Positions 24,700-38,697 of a stretch of DNA of 64,000 nucleotides are shown piece after piece; the first letter of the stretch is position 1, and each line of letters starts with the position of its first letter. The position numbers were made by a program, and so were the translations under genes. A model generated the notes under the pieces. The model had not been told where the DNA came from, did not search any database, and worked only from the letters and a program-made list of their open reading frames with translations. The stretch lies in the NCBI GenBank assembly GCA_951406725.2, contig OX597817.1, forward strand, positions 68,262,001 through 68,326,000, in the 5' to 3' direction. Source of the stretch: Octopus vulgaris (Eukaryota).

Positions 24700-24970
24700 T
24701 TACACGACGGACAGAGGTTTTGGATAACGTGCACAGATGATTTGTTTGTAGTGATCAAATGCTTAAGTTTACACAGGCTCACTTCGTCCATCAAATCGAC
24801 ATTGCCTGTACAGGTGCACATGCATGTCAAATGTCAGATGTCGAAATGATCGCAGAGCAACGTAATATGAAATGCTTTGCTCAAAAAGACAATGCGCTGC
24901 TCGATCCAAGAAGCAATCCCGCGATCTGGTGATCGTGAGTGCAGCGCCCTAACCACTAAGCCATGTGCCT
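24700..24970 (-). mobile_element. tRNA-headed SINE, different 3' body
   Basis: Minus-strand head 'ggcacatggcttagtggttagggcgctgcactcacgatc' followed by 'ttgagcaaagcatttcat..cgttgctc'. Confidence 0.65.
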
Positions 24971-25182
24971 ATGCATAAATACGTACACACATACATATAT
25001 ACATGCATACATCCATACATACATATATACATACAGACTTGCATACATACATACATACAGACATACATACATACATACATACATATATACATACAGACTT
25101 GCATACATACATACATACATACATACATACATACATACATACATACATACATACATACATACACACACACATACATTCACAT

Positions 25183-25246
<64 letters not shown>

Positions 25247-25972
25247 GTAAGAATACACACACGCACATGTATGTATATATGTGTATATATATATATATAT
25301 ATGTACACAGACACACATTGTGAAAATCGAAGACATGAAATAATTAACTGAAAATGAAAATTAAACATTGAGCATTTTCTTGACAGCCAAGGTTATCAGA
25401 ATCAGCAAAATTTCGGCGCAGTTAAGGTCTGAAGATTTAATCGCTGTAGATATATTGTAATTATCAACTGAGAAAACAATTACAACGGAAAAAACTTAAA
25501 CAACATTGAGGAAAACAACAAACGAGTAAAAAAGAAAAATTACGAATCGATCAAATAAGTGTCTTACGGTAATACCGATCAAATAATTGTTTTTCGGTAT
25601 TACGGTATTTTGATTAAACAAGGAAAGTAACAAACTCACCGGAAGTGTGCTGGCGCGAAAGAAAATTGAAATTATGACTTATTTTGTCGCATTATAGACA
25701 TGCTGTAATTCACATACAGACACAACACATACGCACATGCGCGCGACCCTAACATACTCACGCATACATATACGAAATACAGGTTACAATTAGAAGACTC
25801 AATCATGTTGTCGAGGTTATTTCATTATACACGGCTCCACTAGTTTGTAGTCATTCCAAAAGGAGAATGTCGTAGAATGTTTTTTTTTTTTGGTATTTGT
25901 GCGACAACTTTTGACTCCAATACACACACATAAACATATATACACACACAGATATCATACACACACACACAC

Positions 25973-26032
<60 letters not shown>

Positions 26033-26059
26033 GATATCTGTGTGTATATATATAAAGAA

Positions 26060-27920
26060 TATAAGAGGGTTAGTTCCCTGATGACCTAAACGAATAGGTA
26101 TGCTGAATAAGTGCTGTAATTGGTTAGCCGTTAGGTTTCAATTCCACAGCTGACGCTGAGAGCTAGGAATCCGTATTGGGCTTCCGAGTTAGCAGGCATA
26201 TAATAGCAGAAAAGGACAACGAAAACCAAGGCAGGACGAGTATCTAAAGTCATTTAGAATAATTTAATTAAGGTTAAGTGAGTTTGAAATCTTACTGTTT
26301 TTGGGATATCCCAAGTGATAGGCTAGCATGTTCGTATACTGAGCATTCCACCATCAGAGACAAGATGAGTATGTTTGAAAGTTCTAGGCAGGGAAATTCA
26401 CAGTTTATAAGGAATAAAATAGAATAAAGTGTAAAAGTAGATATGAGAATGCAGACAAGAGAATAAAGTTCACATTTCTTCTTTTTCCATAGGGTATTGA
26501 GGTTAGTCCGTACTTCTGTGAAGGTATAGGCCCTTAGTTATAATTCCAAGTAAATCCAAGCAGTATTTTGGCTGTATTTTGAATGATGCGTTCATGTAAT
26601 CGATTAAGTGGTTAACTAGTAAGTAAATGGTGGGTATATAGAGTGAAGAAGACAGACATCAAGATAGACATATGTGGATTGTGAGTGAGTGGATAGCAAA
26701 GAGAGGAGGAGATAAAAGTAGGAGAAAGAGAGAAAAAGAGAGGAAAGTCAGGAATGGGACAGGTGTAGGAAAGAATGAATGAGAGCGAAAGTAAAGTAAA
26801 ATCAAAATATCAAAAAAATCAAAAAGTAAAAATTTAATTTTAAACAGAGATATTTTGCACATGAAAACTCATTTAATTTTCATAGCAAATCCACATCCGT
26901 AGCCAACCACATATACCATCTGATAAATAGGAAAGTACCATATAGGATATCCTAGGCCATAATAGATTCTGGTGTCACATGACAAGGTCAGTGCCCTACA
27001 TATGAACTCTGCCTGAAAGAAGTCCTCCAAATAATTATTCACAATTCACCGCAATTACTCAATAAACAACACGAGGCATTTTCTACATGTAAACATAAGT
27101 TCTTTCGCACCTTTAGATTCTTTCATAGGTCTGATTGCAAACAAAATCAACACACATAACACTTGCCTATATGCATTCACGGTCGTTACAGTATACGTAT
27201 GTTTTTCCTTTCCTTTTCTTTTCTATCAACATAAGTATCTTAGAAGTTACATAGATGTAATTCTTTAATAAAAAAAAAAAAAAAAATTCTCAATTTTAAT
27301 TTAACTTTTAACTTTAAAATTTTAATTCTTTAATTTGTAACCTTTATCCAATTAATTGTAGTTTTATCCTATATATACCCCTTTAAGCTAGGCATCTCTT
27401 TTTAGCTATTCCTACTGACCATTGACCACACCTAACCTAGATTTCATTTATTTGATTAATAGATATAAATACCTTCCTCCTCCAATTTACCAAAACCTTA
27501 ATGCCCGACCTCTCGCACTGAACCGACACTTACGAAGAATACTGGCATCTTATCTCTATCTTTAGTATTTTTTATTTCTATTTCTTAGATTTTACTTTTT
27601 CATTTTTTCATTTTTTGATTTTACTTTACTTTCGCTCTTATTCATTCTTTCCCGCACCCATTCCATTCCTGTTTTTTCTCTCTTTTTTTTTCTCTCTTCT
27701 TCATTTCTCTCCTTCTCTCTCTTCTATCCACTCACTTCTGTCTATCTTGATGTCTGTCTTTCTCACACTATATACCCACGTGGACTATTTACTTACTAGT
27801 TAACAACTTAATCGATTACTTCGACATGAACGCATCATTCAAAATACAGCCAAAATACTGCTTGGATTTACCTGGAATTATACCTAAGGGCCTATACCTT
27901 CACAGAAGTACAGACCAACC
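26060..27920 (+). mobile_element. 5'-truncated Penelope-like element with inverted upstream pseudo-LTR
   Basis: GIY-YIG C-terminal relic at 26836-27159 flanked by ~330-bp inverted arms (26502-26830 / 27592-27920); same repeat family at 53262-53830. Confidence 0.75.
26836..27159 (+). pseudogene. C-terminal part of a PLE GIY-YIG endonuclease, two in-frame stops
   Basis: NFKQRYFAHENSF...STSVANHIYHL....PYRIS*AII........ELCLKEVLQII......LLNKQHEAFSTCKH matches the FKxRYxxH / LCLxE / LLNKRxE..S.C.H pattern of PLE endonucleases. Confidence 0.75.
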
Positions 27921-27967
27921 AATAAAATAGGCAACCGGAATGTTCCGTGACCAGATGGAGTTCAAAG

Positions 27968-29228
27968 CTACTGGGCCGATATCCTGCTTGCCCCTTATGT
28001 GGAAAGTATTGACTGGAATACTCGTAGTGTCAATGTACAGACATCTAGTAAAAAATAGATTCCTGCCACATGAGCAGAAAGGTTAAAAGCGTAAGTGTAG
28101 AGGTACCAGGGATCAACTCCTGGTAGACAAAACATAATCCATTCTTAGAATATGGAATGTATGAACCTATTTGGTATTGCGACGAATGTTGAGTGATTGC
28201 TTGGAAAAAGAATGGCGAAGTGGAGGACGGAACTGACAGCATATGGAAGAAGTTTAGGGACAATAGAAATTAAGAGAGGCATATTCCAAGGGGGCCTGCC
28301 TGTCTTCACAGATCTTTGTAATTTACCTGACACCACTACACTGATTCTGAGGAAAGTAAAGGCTGGGTATATATTCAAAAACCACCAACAAAACGTCAAC
28401 CACTTCTTATTCATGGATGCCTCCAAACTTTATGGTAAAGATGAATCCCAAGTCAGTTCCCTCATTGATACAGTGTATACTTTCAGTGCTGTTATCAGAA
28501 TGGAGTTCGGATTGAAAGGGTGTGGTGTGTTAGTCTTGAAGACAGGCAAAATAAAATGCATGGACGGGCTAGCGATACCGTCGGGGTAGGTTATGAAGTA
28601 GATAGAAGAGACGGGCTATAAGTACTTGGAGATATCAGAAATGGATAAATTGATGGAAAGATTTAAGGTGGAGTACTTGCGCAGACTGAGACTGATCATC
28701 AAGTCGAAATTAAGCGGTTTCACTCCTTAGATATGGAGCAGGGGTAATCGCATGGACAGTAGACGAACTAAACAGCATAGACAGAAAGACAAGGAAGTTG
28801 CTGACTAGATATGGGATACTCCATCCAAGAGGCATAGACAGACAGTATGTAGCCAGAAAAAGAGGGGAAAGAGGACTGATTGGATGCGAACACAACATTT
28901 GGGCAGAAGAAAACAACATAGCATGGTATGTAAAAAAAAATGCCAGAGAACCACTATTATTAGAAGTAAGAAGGTCAAGCTTGAGTAGGATGGAAGATTG
29001 CAAAGATAAAGCACTGTACAAGAAGTGTACAAGATACGAAAAAGAGAAAAAAGATGGCTATGGATGACAAAAAGTGATTTAAAACTGGAAACGGAGGCTC
29101 TAATCTGTGTTACCCAAGAGCAAGCACTAAGAACGAATTACATCAAATACAGAATAGACAACACATCAGAAAGTGATAAGTGCAGAATTTGTGGACAAAA
29201 TGGTGAAACTGTATGGCATATTACCAGT
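27968..29228 (+). mobile_element. Decayed R4/Dong-type non-LTR retrotransposon, RT to zinc knuckle
   Basis: [15 protein letters not shown]...EQKG...RGTRDQLLVDK; IKRGIFQG; NHFLFMDASKLYG; IRMEFGL; YKYL; DRKTRKLL; ETEALICVTQEQALRT...DKCRICGQNGETVWHITS; multiple stops and frameshifts. Confidence 0.9.
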
Positions 29229-29535
29229 CTCTGGGGTTTGGATAATTCACCTCTGGATGCTTTGTTCAACATCATTAAACAACCATTATTCAGGGACCAT
29301 TTGAGTGGGATGAGATACTTGATCTGAATAAAATTCTAAGTGGGTCCTACCTGCAAGGTCATGCACTGTTTATCTTCATATGAGATCGCCATGTGTTGTA
29401 TATACGGTTGTGATGCATGTATCTGGTGTACCCTTATTAGACGGGTAGCCATGATGGGTATATTGGGCTTCGTATATTTTACCCCAGTGTCACTTTGATG
29501 GCATGCTCGCCTCTCTCACTCAATAATAATAATAA
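29229..29535 (+). mobile_element. Unclassified interspersed repeat ending in (TAA)n
   Basis: Abruptly replaces the LINE frame at 29229 and ends in a TAA/GAT microsatellite tail. Confidence 0.4.
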
Positions 29536-29559
29536 TGATGATGATGATGATGATGATGT

Positions 29560-29604
<45 letters not shown>

Positions 29605-30070
29605 CATTTGCCACCAGGGCAAAAGATGAGGGGGAAAAATACAAAGACATACATAAAGTGTTAGGAGTTTAGATATAATGTAATGATAAATGATTAATTG
29701 AGTAACAAAAAAAAATGTAAATATACACGGTATATGATGAAAAGGAAGTGAAATGTACATAGTATACAAAGGTTAAAAAGGCGGGGCGGAGTATGATAGA
29801 GATGCTGATACAGAATGACCTCTAGGAATAATTGAGTAACCTCACTGTCCGAGAGCTCCCTGAGCTCAAAAAGCAAGTACCCTCTCCAATTCCCTTTTAC
29901 CGACTCAATAATAATAACTTCTTTCTTTTTTTCCTTTTTTGCGTCACATAACTTGACTTTGTAAATAAACAATCTTGTGTGTTTATTTTAATGGTCTACA
30001 AATGTATATAGTGAGTTCCTTTGCCCTAGGTACCGGGAAGACACTCGGGAAGAAATGGAAGCTAATTTGA

Positions 30071-30140
<70 letters not shown>

Positions 30141-30141
<1 letters not shown>

Positions 30142-30258
30142 GCTAGGATACTTAGGAGGGTTCTTGGTATCTAAGGTCACTTGTAGCCCGATGTTAGGAA
30201 TTTTTCTTTTCCAGCAGGTTAATCTGTTGTGTGTATATGAATGATAATAATAATAATA
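30141..30258 (+). mobile_element. Extreme 3' end of an R4/Dong-type LINE within (TAA)n
   Basis: Encodes ARILRRVLGI* then a short UTR and (TAA)n tail; preceded by a pure (TAA)n tract at 30071-30140. Confidence 0.6.
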
Positions 30259-30615
30259 AATGCCCTGATGCTATACCACACATTGACTCCCATGGATTCT
30301 GATCTTAACTGATCGGAAGTGTTATCACGTACGTATTTTTTCTTGGGTTAAAAAATGGGCTACAACAAATATTCTGCTCAATACCACAGATTTGCTTGTC
30401 ATGTGTTTGACCTTTACCAGCTGAACATGTCCCTTAGTGGCTGAAGATCTGTGCATTTCTGACCATGAGCAGAAGTAGTGGGGGAGCATCATAGCCGTGT
30501 GTTGAAAGGAATTCTTTGGAGAAACTTGGTGGTATTTTAACTCAGAGTATAAGCATCTTAACCGGCATGGTAACGATTCTGACTGCTCATCACCAATCAT
30601 ATACATACAAGGGGG

Positions 30616-30891
30616 GAAGACGCGTGGCCTAGTGGCTAGGATATTCGGCTGACGATCGTATAGTTTGAGCAAGACACTTTATTTCACGTTGGTCTAGTCC
30701 ACTCAGCTGGCAATAGTGAGCTGTACCTGTATTTTAAAGGGCCAGCTTTGTCGCATTCTGTATCACGCTGAAACTCCCCGAGAACTACGTTACGGGTACT
30801 CGTGTTTGTGGAGTGCTCAGCCACTTGCACATTAATTTCACGTAGATCCGATGAACTGGAACATTCAACGTCGTAACCGACGGAGTGCCGG
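30616..30891 (+). mobile_element. SINE family C
   Basis: A-box head 'gcgtggcctagtggctagg', body, and 3' tail shared with 11031-11320 and 37745-37926. Confidence 0.8.
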
Positions 30892-31455
30892 TTTATATAC
30901 ATAGAAAGAAAAAATACAGAGACAGAGACAGAAACAGATATAAATACATATTTATATTTGTACACACGCATGCACACACACACACGCACACACACACACA
31001 CATACACACACACACACACATACATACACACAAACATACATATACACACAAATGAATATACACGCTATGTTTTCTGAATATGTATTTGAATTGTGTTGAC
31101 TATTGAAATTGATGCTGGTTTCTTTTTAAACCTACCAGCTTGTTCCAATGTGTCCGTCAAGACAAATATATCAACGACATACCCGTTTATAGAAAGCTAT
31201 GGTTATGATCTGGTGTTAATTTGTTCTAAGCGTTGGTCATCCAGAACGATGCAAATGTCGGCCCGACTAGTGGCTGCATCAGTCTCCTTATGTACAAACA
31301 TCTATATCAATAAAACATTCACATGAAACCCCCCCACACACACACACACGCATGGACACACACATATGTATATATACTATACATATATACATTCAGAGAG
31401 CGAGAGAGGAACAGAAGCAGAGAGAGAGAGTAACAGAGACAGTATATGTACACAC

Positions 31456-31501
<46 letters not shown>

Positions 31502-31632
31502 GGTCACACGTACATATAATAGTATATGTATTTATTATGTATAGAAACATATGCTTATATAATTGCACATACATATATATGCACAAATATATACATACAT
31601 ATGTATGCACACACACATATACATATACATAT

Positions 31633-31706
<74 letters not shown>

Positions 31707-32078
31707 AAACTTTATATCCCGCACAGTCGTAGCTGCCTGCTTCAGGATACATTTTCTTAATGTATTTCGCCGAATGACTATATTTACAGCTCCAAGTATT
31801 GCTTTCATAGTGTTTGTTGATATGCTCCAATGGGTTTACTACCAATGAATATGGGAGAGTTGAATGTCTTCTGAAGTTTCACCAAATTTTAATATCTCGT
31901 GACTTCACTGTTGCTTGTATATTTAATCTGGATAAATTTAGGTCTCTCGTCATTTAGTCTCGGCTGATGAAGTGACATCTTGGTCTTTCTTGCAGGCCAG
32001 CTTGTTTACAGAAACGCACCTGGTTTCGCGGCGCGGTAAATTCTACGTCCATTTTGATATATTAATTCAAATCATCAA

Positions 32079-32520
32079 GGCGCCGAACTGGCAGAATCGC
32101 TACCGCGCCGAGGAACACGCTTAGCACCATTTCATCCGTCTCCACGTTCTGAGTTGAAATTCCGCCGAGGTCAACATTGTCTTTTATCCTTCTGAGTTCG
32201 GTAAAATTAGTACCTGTTGAGCACTGGGGGCCAACTTAATCAACTTACCACCTCCGACGAAAGTGCTGGCCTTGTGCCAAAATTTGAAACCAATATTTCG
32301 AACCATTAAAGCTGTGAGCTGGTAGAATCGTTACCTCGCTGGAAAAATGCCTGGCGGCATTTCTCCCGACTTTACTTTTTGAGTTTAAATGCTGCTGGGG
32401 TCCACTTTGCCTTTCATCTTTTCGGGATCGATAAAATAAGTACCAGTTCAATACTGGGGTCGATGTAATTGATTTACCCATCTCAGACGAAATTGCTGGC
32501 CTTGTGTCAAAATTTGAAAG
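32079..32520 (+). mobile_element. Two tandem SINE family B copies
   Basis: Each has 'ctgg.agaatcg...gagtt.aaat..cgc.g.ggtc.ac.ttg.cttt.atc...agtacc' and the tail 'gctggccttgtg.caaaatttgaaa'. Confidence 0.8.
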
Positions 32521-32821
32521 CGATATTTCAAGACGTTTTTTGGCCAAGTAGACCACAGACACACACACACGCACGCATCCCTGTGAAGCTACGAAACTTG
32601 AAGGGGAGACAATTTCCCCTCCCTATTCGGAGACGGTTCCAGTTGATGCTAAGTATCTGTAAAATACTCTGTGTTAAGAAGCAAAGATTGTGTTTTTGGA
32701 TGATTCAGTGTACAAATCGACTAGTTTCGTCTGGTTATTGCCATCTTATCAAGGGTGTTCGCTCGTGTATATATCTTAGAGTCGTTTTATATACCCGCTA
32801 AAGTATAACCTTTATTTTTTA

Positions 32822-33000
32822 GTCAAGAGTGAAAGCAGTGCCCATGATCCGTTGTATGGCCTCCAAAACAAGTGTGGCAGAAGTAGGAAGATATTCTCAA
32901 ACCAGAAGCCTCTCCAGAATGCTTGAGAGAGAGAGAGTGTGGACTCTTCTTCAGCCAACCAAGATTCCAGATGGGAGCACTAAACCGGACGAACTTTTGG
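32822..33000 (+). mobile_element. Possible small RLE-LINE relic (R2/NeSL-like)
   Basis: LSRMLERERVWTLLQPTKIPDGSTKPD resembles the segment leading into the (R/K)PD endonuclease motif; short and degenerate. Confidence 0.3.
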
Positions 33001-33521
33001 CTGCAACGGTTTTTGAACTCAGAACCCAAAGAGAATGAATTAATACTGCAAGATGTACGATCTAACCTCCTAATTATCTTGCCAATACACCGCATTTGAT
33101 TGGTACTTTTTATATCAACCCCGAAAAAAATGTTAGGCGAAGTTGATCTTGTCGGGGTGTGAACTTAGAGAACAAAGAGTCGGAACAAATACGCAATGCA
33201 TTCTGTCCGGAATTCGACGCAGAGTAAACTCAGCATTTGTTATTCATGGCATCCCCTACACGTAGCTTATAGCTGCCTGCTTTACCCGTAGGAAGAATAC
33301 GAGTGGATACTTTCCATGAAACATCACTAACTGTTCAAAAATAGTTGACGTGTCCTCCGGTTCATCCAACATAGACAAACCTGTGGGTTAATCGCAGCAC
33401 CTATTTACTCAGCATATTTGAATGGTTGCTTATTGTAAGGACATACGTAATCTTATACACAATTTATTCACTAAGTCGCTGTTTGAGTATTTTAGTTGCT
33501 TTTATTATATACAAAGCATTA

Positions 33522-33917
33522 AGGCAGCGAACCGGCTGAATCGTTACCGTGGCATTTCTTCAGGCTTAACTTTCTGAGTTCAAATTCCGTCGACAAAATA
33601 AGTTCCAATTGAGCCTTGGAGGTTGATGTAATCGACAATCCCCCGCCTCCAAAATTTCAGGTCTTGTACCTATATTGAAAGAGTTATATATAAAGCATTG
33701 AAAACTTCGAGCTGGCAGAACTATTAGCACACCGCCGGATAAAATGCTCAGCGGCATTTCATCCGTCTTTACGTTCTGGTTTCAAATTCCCCCGAGTTCG
33801 ACCTTGACTTTCATGCTCTCAGGGTCAATAAAACAAATATCAGTCAAGTACTGGTTTCGATGTAACCGACTTTAACCTCTCTTCAAAAACTGCCTGGATT
33901 TGTGACAAAATTTGAAG
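33522..33917 (+). mobile_element. Two tandem degenerate SINE family B copies
   Basis: Similarity to 17231-17460 and 32079-32520. Confidence 0.75.
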
Positions 33918-34373
33918 CCATTATCCATTAATGCATTCTGGCCTTGTGCTTTTATTACAAACAATTATATGTAAAGTATACACACGGAGAGACATTCTCG
34001 TACTAAATATACACATATGCCTACACAGTCGGACGTACGAACTCACAAGTACACACTCATACTCGCACGAAAATATACATATATATATACAGAAGCATAG
34101 AGGTAAATATATGTACACATACAAAAGCTAATGAATAATGCATGAGGTTAGAAAAATAAGCGATTTGGAGAAATAAAACATAATAAAATTTAAATTCTGC
34201 TTTTAAGACAAGCACACACATCTCTGTGAATACAGACATATATTTATGTAACTACACAAACATAATCACAGACACATCTTCATGTAAGATTATGATGCAA
34301 AACAGAGAGGGAGATAGATAGATAGAGAGATAGATAGATAGAGAGATAGATAGATAGATAGAGATAGATAGTT

Positions 34374-34416
<43 letters not shown>

Positions 34417-34731
34417 CAGACAGACAGAGAGATTGGAAGCTATATTTTAAAATAATTTTATCCTTTACTACACTCACGCACATGGAAACATACTTTCAAA
34501 CATGCATCCATACGTAAAATATATTTGTAATATTAAAATTATTTGTATACACACACACAAACACACTCACCAACACACATTAACACGCGTGTGGTGTATT
34601 CATATAATTCATTTGCGCCTGATTCCCCTTGTCTATATGTGTGTGTGTGTGTGTGGGTGTATATGTATATGTATATATATATATGTGTATGTATATATAT
34701 ATGTAAAATATATATATATATATATATACAT

Positions 34732-34798
<67 letters not shown>

Positions 34799-34821
34799 TG
34801 TAATGTATGTATGTATGTATG

Positions 34822-34874
<53 letters not shown>

Positions 34875-35051
34875 GCATACATAATACGTTCAGAAATACT
34901 GGTATACCTAGACGCGCAAACACATATGGCAAGAAAGTGTATTTCATGTGTGACAATGAAGAAAAGTAAGGAGCAAAACCGAGAGAGAGAAAGATAGAGA
35001 GAGTGAGTGAGAGAGTGAGTGAATGAGTGAATGAGTGAGTGAGCAAGAGAG

Positions 35052-35101
<50 letters not shown>

Positions 35102-35905
35102 CTAGAGAGCGAAAGAGGGAGAGATGTAAATGGATGTGCGGGTAAAATAAAATGATAGATTGTACGCAAGAAATAAAGACATTTGAAGTTGATTCTTTAG
35201 CGTAATAAAATTTTAAAAGAAATCGTATAAAAATACATTCTTTTGTTCTTTGTACAGAAAAGAGATTCCTATAATTAATGGTATTTAAGTTGAGACAGCC
35301 AAATACTCAGCTATCTAGGACCACTAATATAATACAGTTGTTATGCGAGATTTTTCCACTTTACTTCGTTCATTCATTGCATATATATTATATATTATCA
35401 TATTATACATACCCATACACATGCGAACATACACTCCTATATGTGTTAGATGATGTGAGCGCGGTACGCTAGAAACGGAAAAACCAATATATTTTAAAGT
35501 ATATGCTTGTATGCATGTATTCATACAATTATACATACATACATACATACATACATACATACATACATACATACATACACACACACATACATACATACAT
35601 ACATACATACATACATACATACATACATACATACATACATACACACGCACGTATATAAACATGTATACATATAATATACATATACATTTATGCATTATAT
35701 ATTATATACATATATATTTGAATATTGTTTCTGTGTGTATATATATATATATATATATTTACATATATATATCACACACACATATATATGTAACCATACA
35801 ACTATACACATATACGCGCGTATATAAACATATATACATATAATATACATATATATTGATGCATAATATATATATATGTATATGTGTGTACATATATATG
35901 TTGGT

Positions 35906-35943
<38 letters not shown>

Positions 35944-36461
35944 GCAGATGTGTATATTTGTGTCTATGTATGTGTACATTTGCATGCGTATTATGTTGGA
36001 AATCGAAAACCAATAAATATATTTTGAAATTTCCGAATATAGTAAAATCTTGCTACATATCGTTGTTCATTCTGCGACAGACGCCGATATGCAGAGCACA
36101 ATCCAATTGTTGGCCAGTTTTGTTGTTTCATATTCGTAGTATTCGTTGTATATGGTATTATCAAACTATTCCATATAATATTGGTGCATTAATGTCAAGA
36201 GGATTCATAGAGACTTCCTCCAGTTTCATCCCTATATTTTCCTTTACTGGAAGGATTCCTTATATTAAAATGACGGCAAATTTATGAACTTTTGAAAATT
36301 CTATTTCCCACGAGTTGACGTTTCTCCTCTAAATATATTTGCGTGTGTATGTGTATGTGTGTGTGTGTATGTGTGTGTGCGTTATATATACAGGGTGGGC
36401 CAAAAATGTGGCGCACCAAGATTAAAACTCAATTAATATATAATACATATTACATGTATCA

Positions 36462-36872
36462 CGCCGGGAAAATTGCTTAGCGGCATTTCGTCTTAGCGGC
36501 ATTTCGTTCTTATTTCAAATTCCGCCGAGGTCGACTTTGCCCTTTATCCCTTCGGGTTCGATAAAATACGTTCCAGTACCAGTGAATACTGGGGTCAATG
36601 TAATCATCTTTCCTCTTCCCCCAGAAGTTGAAAGAAGCCTTATGCCAAAGTTGTGAAGAAGGCGGCGAGCTGGCAGAATCGTTAGCAATACGAGCGAAAT
36701 GCTTAGTGGCATTTCGTCTGTCTCTACGTTTTGAATTTAATTTCTGCCGAGGACAACTTTGCCTTTCATCCTTTCGAGAACGATAAAATAAGTACCAGTT
36801 GAGTATTGGGGTCGATGTAATTGACTCAACCCCCACCCCGAAATTGTTAGCCTTGGGTCAAAATTTGGAGCC
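36462..36872 (+). mobile_element. Two tandem SINE family B copies
   Basis: 'ttcaaattccgccgaggtcgactttgcc' and 'ggcggcgagctggcagaatcgttagca'. Confidence 0.82.
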
Positions 36873-36990
36873 AATATGTATTACTCAGGATAATAGTCAT
36901 AATGTAACAAAATATCAAATGTTTCGGCGCGTGACTTCTGCAACTCTAACCTGTATATATATGCGCACGCGCGCGCATGTGTATTACATA

Positions 36991-38269
36991 GAGAGTGCGG
37001 TTAATAAATTGTCGTCTAAATTACGCAAAAATGAAAATAACACTGACATCTCATTTTAACAGATATATTTGTCAAAATTTTATAAAATTATCTTGAAATA
37101 CTAAAGAGTAAGTTTATCCTATAAAGTCGCAACTGACTTCAGCAACGACGTCCAGACGACTTCGGAATCTCCTGCAAATCTTCTGGACGGTCTACTTATT
37201 TAAGCTGGTGAATGCTTCCATAATCTTTGCCTTCAGTTCATCTTTAGTATTACAAGGATTTTTGTTGGTCTCTCGCTCAACTGTGCCCCACACATAATAA
37301 TAAAAGGGGTTGCAGTCTTGGAAGTTAAGTGGCCAGATGTTAGGGGTGATGTGGTTAGAGAAATTGTCTGACAGTCATAACTGGGCTCTTCTGCTTGCGT
37401 GGCATGGTGCAGAGTCCTGTTGCTAGACATAGGGTCTTCCAGCAGCCACCGTCTTGGCTTGGGATAAAAATTAGCCCTTTCTCATCTCGCATGAAGAATA
37501 CCGAATGTCTTCGTGCACTATCTGCCTGATAAGAAACTCAGACACACCCAAGTCCCGGGCTATGGACATGATTGACTTGGCGATATTGCTGTCAATCAAG
37601 GCCTGGATCTTTTCTTATCAGGAGTTCTTTTCTTATCTTGAGCGAAAACACCTAAATCTCCACGAGGCTCCGGCAGGGGATGGTGGTGATCCCTGCTGTA
37701 CTCTTTTACCACCACTTTCTCTCACTCTTACTTCCTGTTTCTGTTGTACCTGTATTTCAAAGGGCCGGCCTTGTCACTCTCTGTGTCACGCTGAATATCC
37801 CCGAGAACTACGTTAAGGGTACACGTGTCTGTGGAGTGCTCAGCCACTTACACGTTAATTTCACGAGCAGGCTGTTCCGTTGATTCGGATCAACCGGAAC
37901 CCTCATCGTCGTAACCGACGGAGTGCTTCCACCACTCTTTTCTTATCAGAACGATGAGAGTGAGTTGTCCGAACTGCCGTGCCTTCGTAATCACCATTAG
38001 ATTCATACAATTTCCGAATTCTCTGCACTGTCCTCAGATTGACACCCAAACACTCTGAAGTGTTTATATTGGAGCTTCCGGGGCGAATGCCAAGCACTAC
38101 ACTATGTCATTTCCAAATTTCCGGCAGAGTGAATTGCGTATGGTATCATTTTTCTCACAGACGGTGCCTAGCTGACCCTACTATATTGTGTAGTCGACAA
38201 AATCAAAACCAAACTATGCGCATGCGCGAAACAAAACATATAGAATGGCGTCAATTTACCCATCGCATG

Positions 38270-38272
<3 letters not shown>
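36991..38272 (-). mobile_element. Decayed Tc1/mariner transposon (DD37D/maT-like), internally deleted
   Basis: LGVNLRTVQRIRK (HTH), SIARDLGVSEFLIRQIVHEDI, QQDSAPCH...WPPNFQDCNPFYYYVWGTVER...CRRFRSRL; degenerate TIRs (gagagtgcggttaataaattgtcg / cagcatgcgatgggtaaattgacg) flanked by TA. Confidence 0.88.
37638..37935 (+). mobile_element. Retroposed insertion in the mariner with a 12-bp TSD; shares its 3' tail with SINE family C
   Basis: TCTTTTCTTATC at 37626-37637 and 37936-37947; 3' ~190 bp matches SINE C; short (CCA)n tail. Confidence 0.85.
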
Positions 38273-38330
<58 letters not shown>

Positions 38331-38697
38331 GTGTTTGTGTGTGTGTTTAGGTATGTAAGTATATGCGTGCGTATAACTTCAAGGTTTTCTCTCATAAATC
38401 CAACAGAAAACTCTTTGAAATTGGAATATTTACTTACATCAATGTAAATATTTGAATCTACAGGTATGTTTATACTTCTGAAAATGATAAATAGAAATAT
38501 AAAGTGTAAATGTTAAATACACAGGGTAAATGTTAATGCACGGTCAAAAGAAAGATTAACCTTTTATACAGAATCCTTCATCGATGATGGACTCTGCACA
38601 ATTAGATATAGCAACACAATCGTCTATAAATCACATTCGTAATCTTAACAAAAGAACACATTGAAGTTATTCACTTTTTAATCCTCAGTTACTTGTA

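Noticed and set aside
26070-26110. CTGATGA followed by a CCTA/TAGG hairpin
   Set aside because: No GAAA after the stem, antisense to the PLE ORF, and not conserved in the 53.8-kb copy.
31720-32070. Possible RLE-LINE C-terminus on the minus strand
   Set aside because: Only scattered resemblance across frames; too degraded to call.
36391-36953. Mariner-type MITE ends around the SINE-B pair (similar solo end at ~1135-1155)
   Set aside because: The two ends match each other poorly; boundaries cannot be supported.
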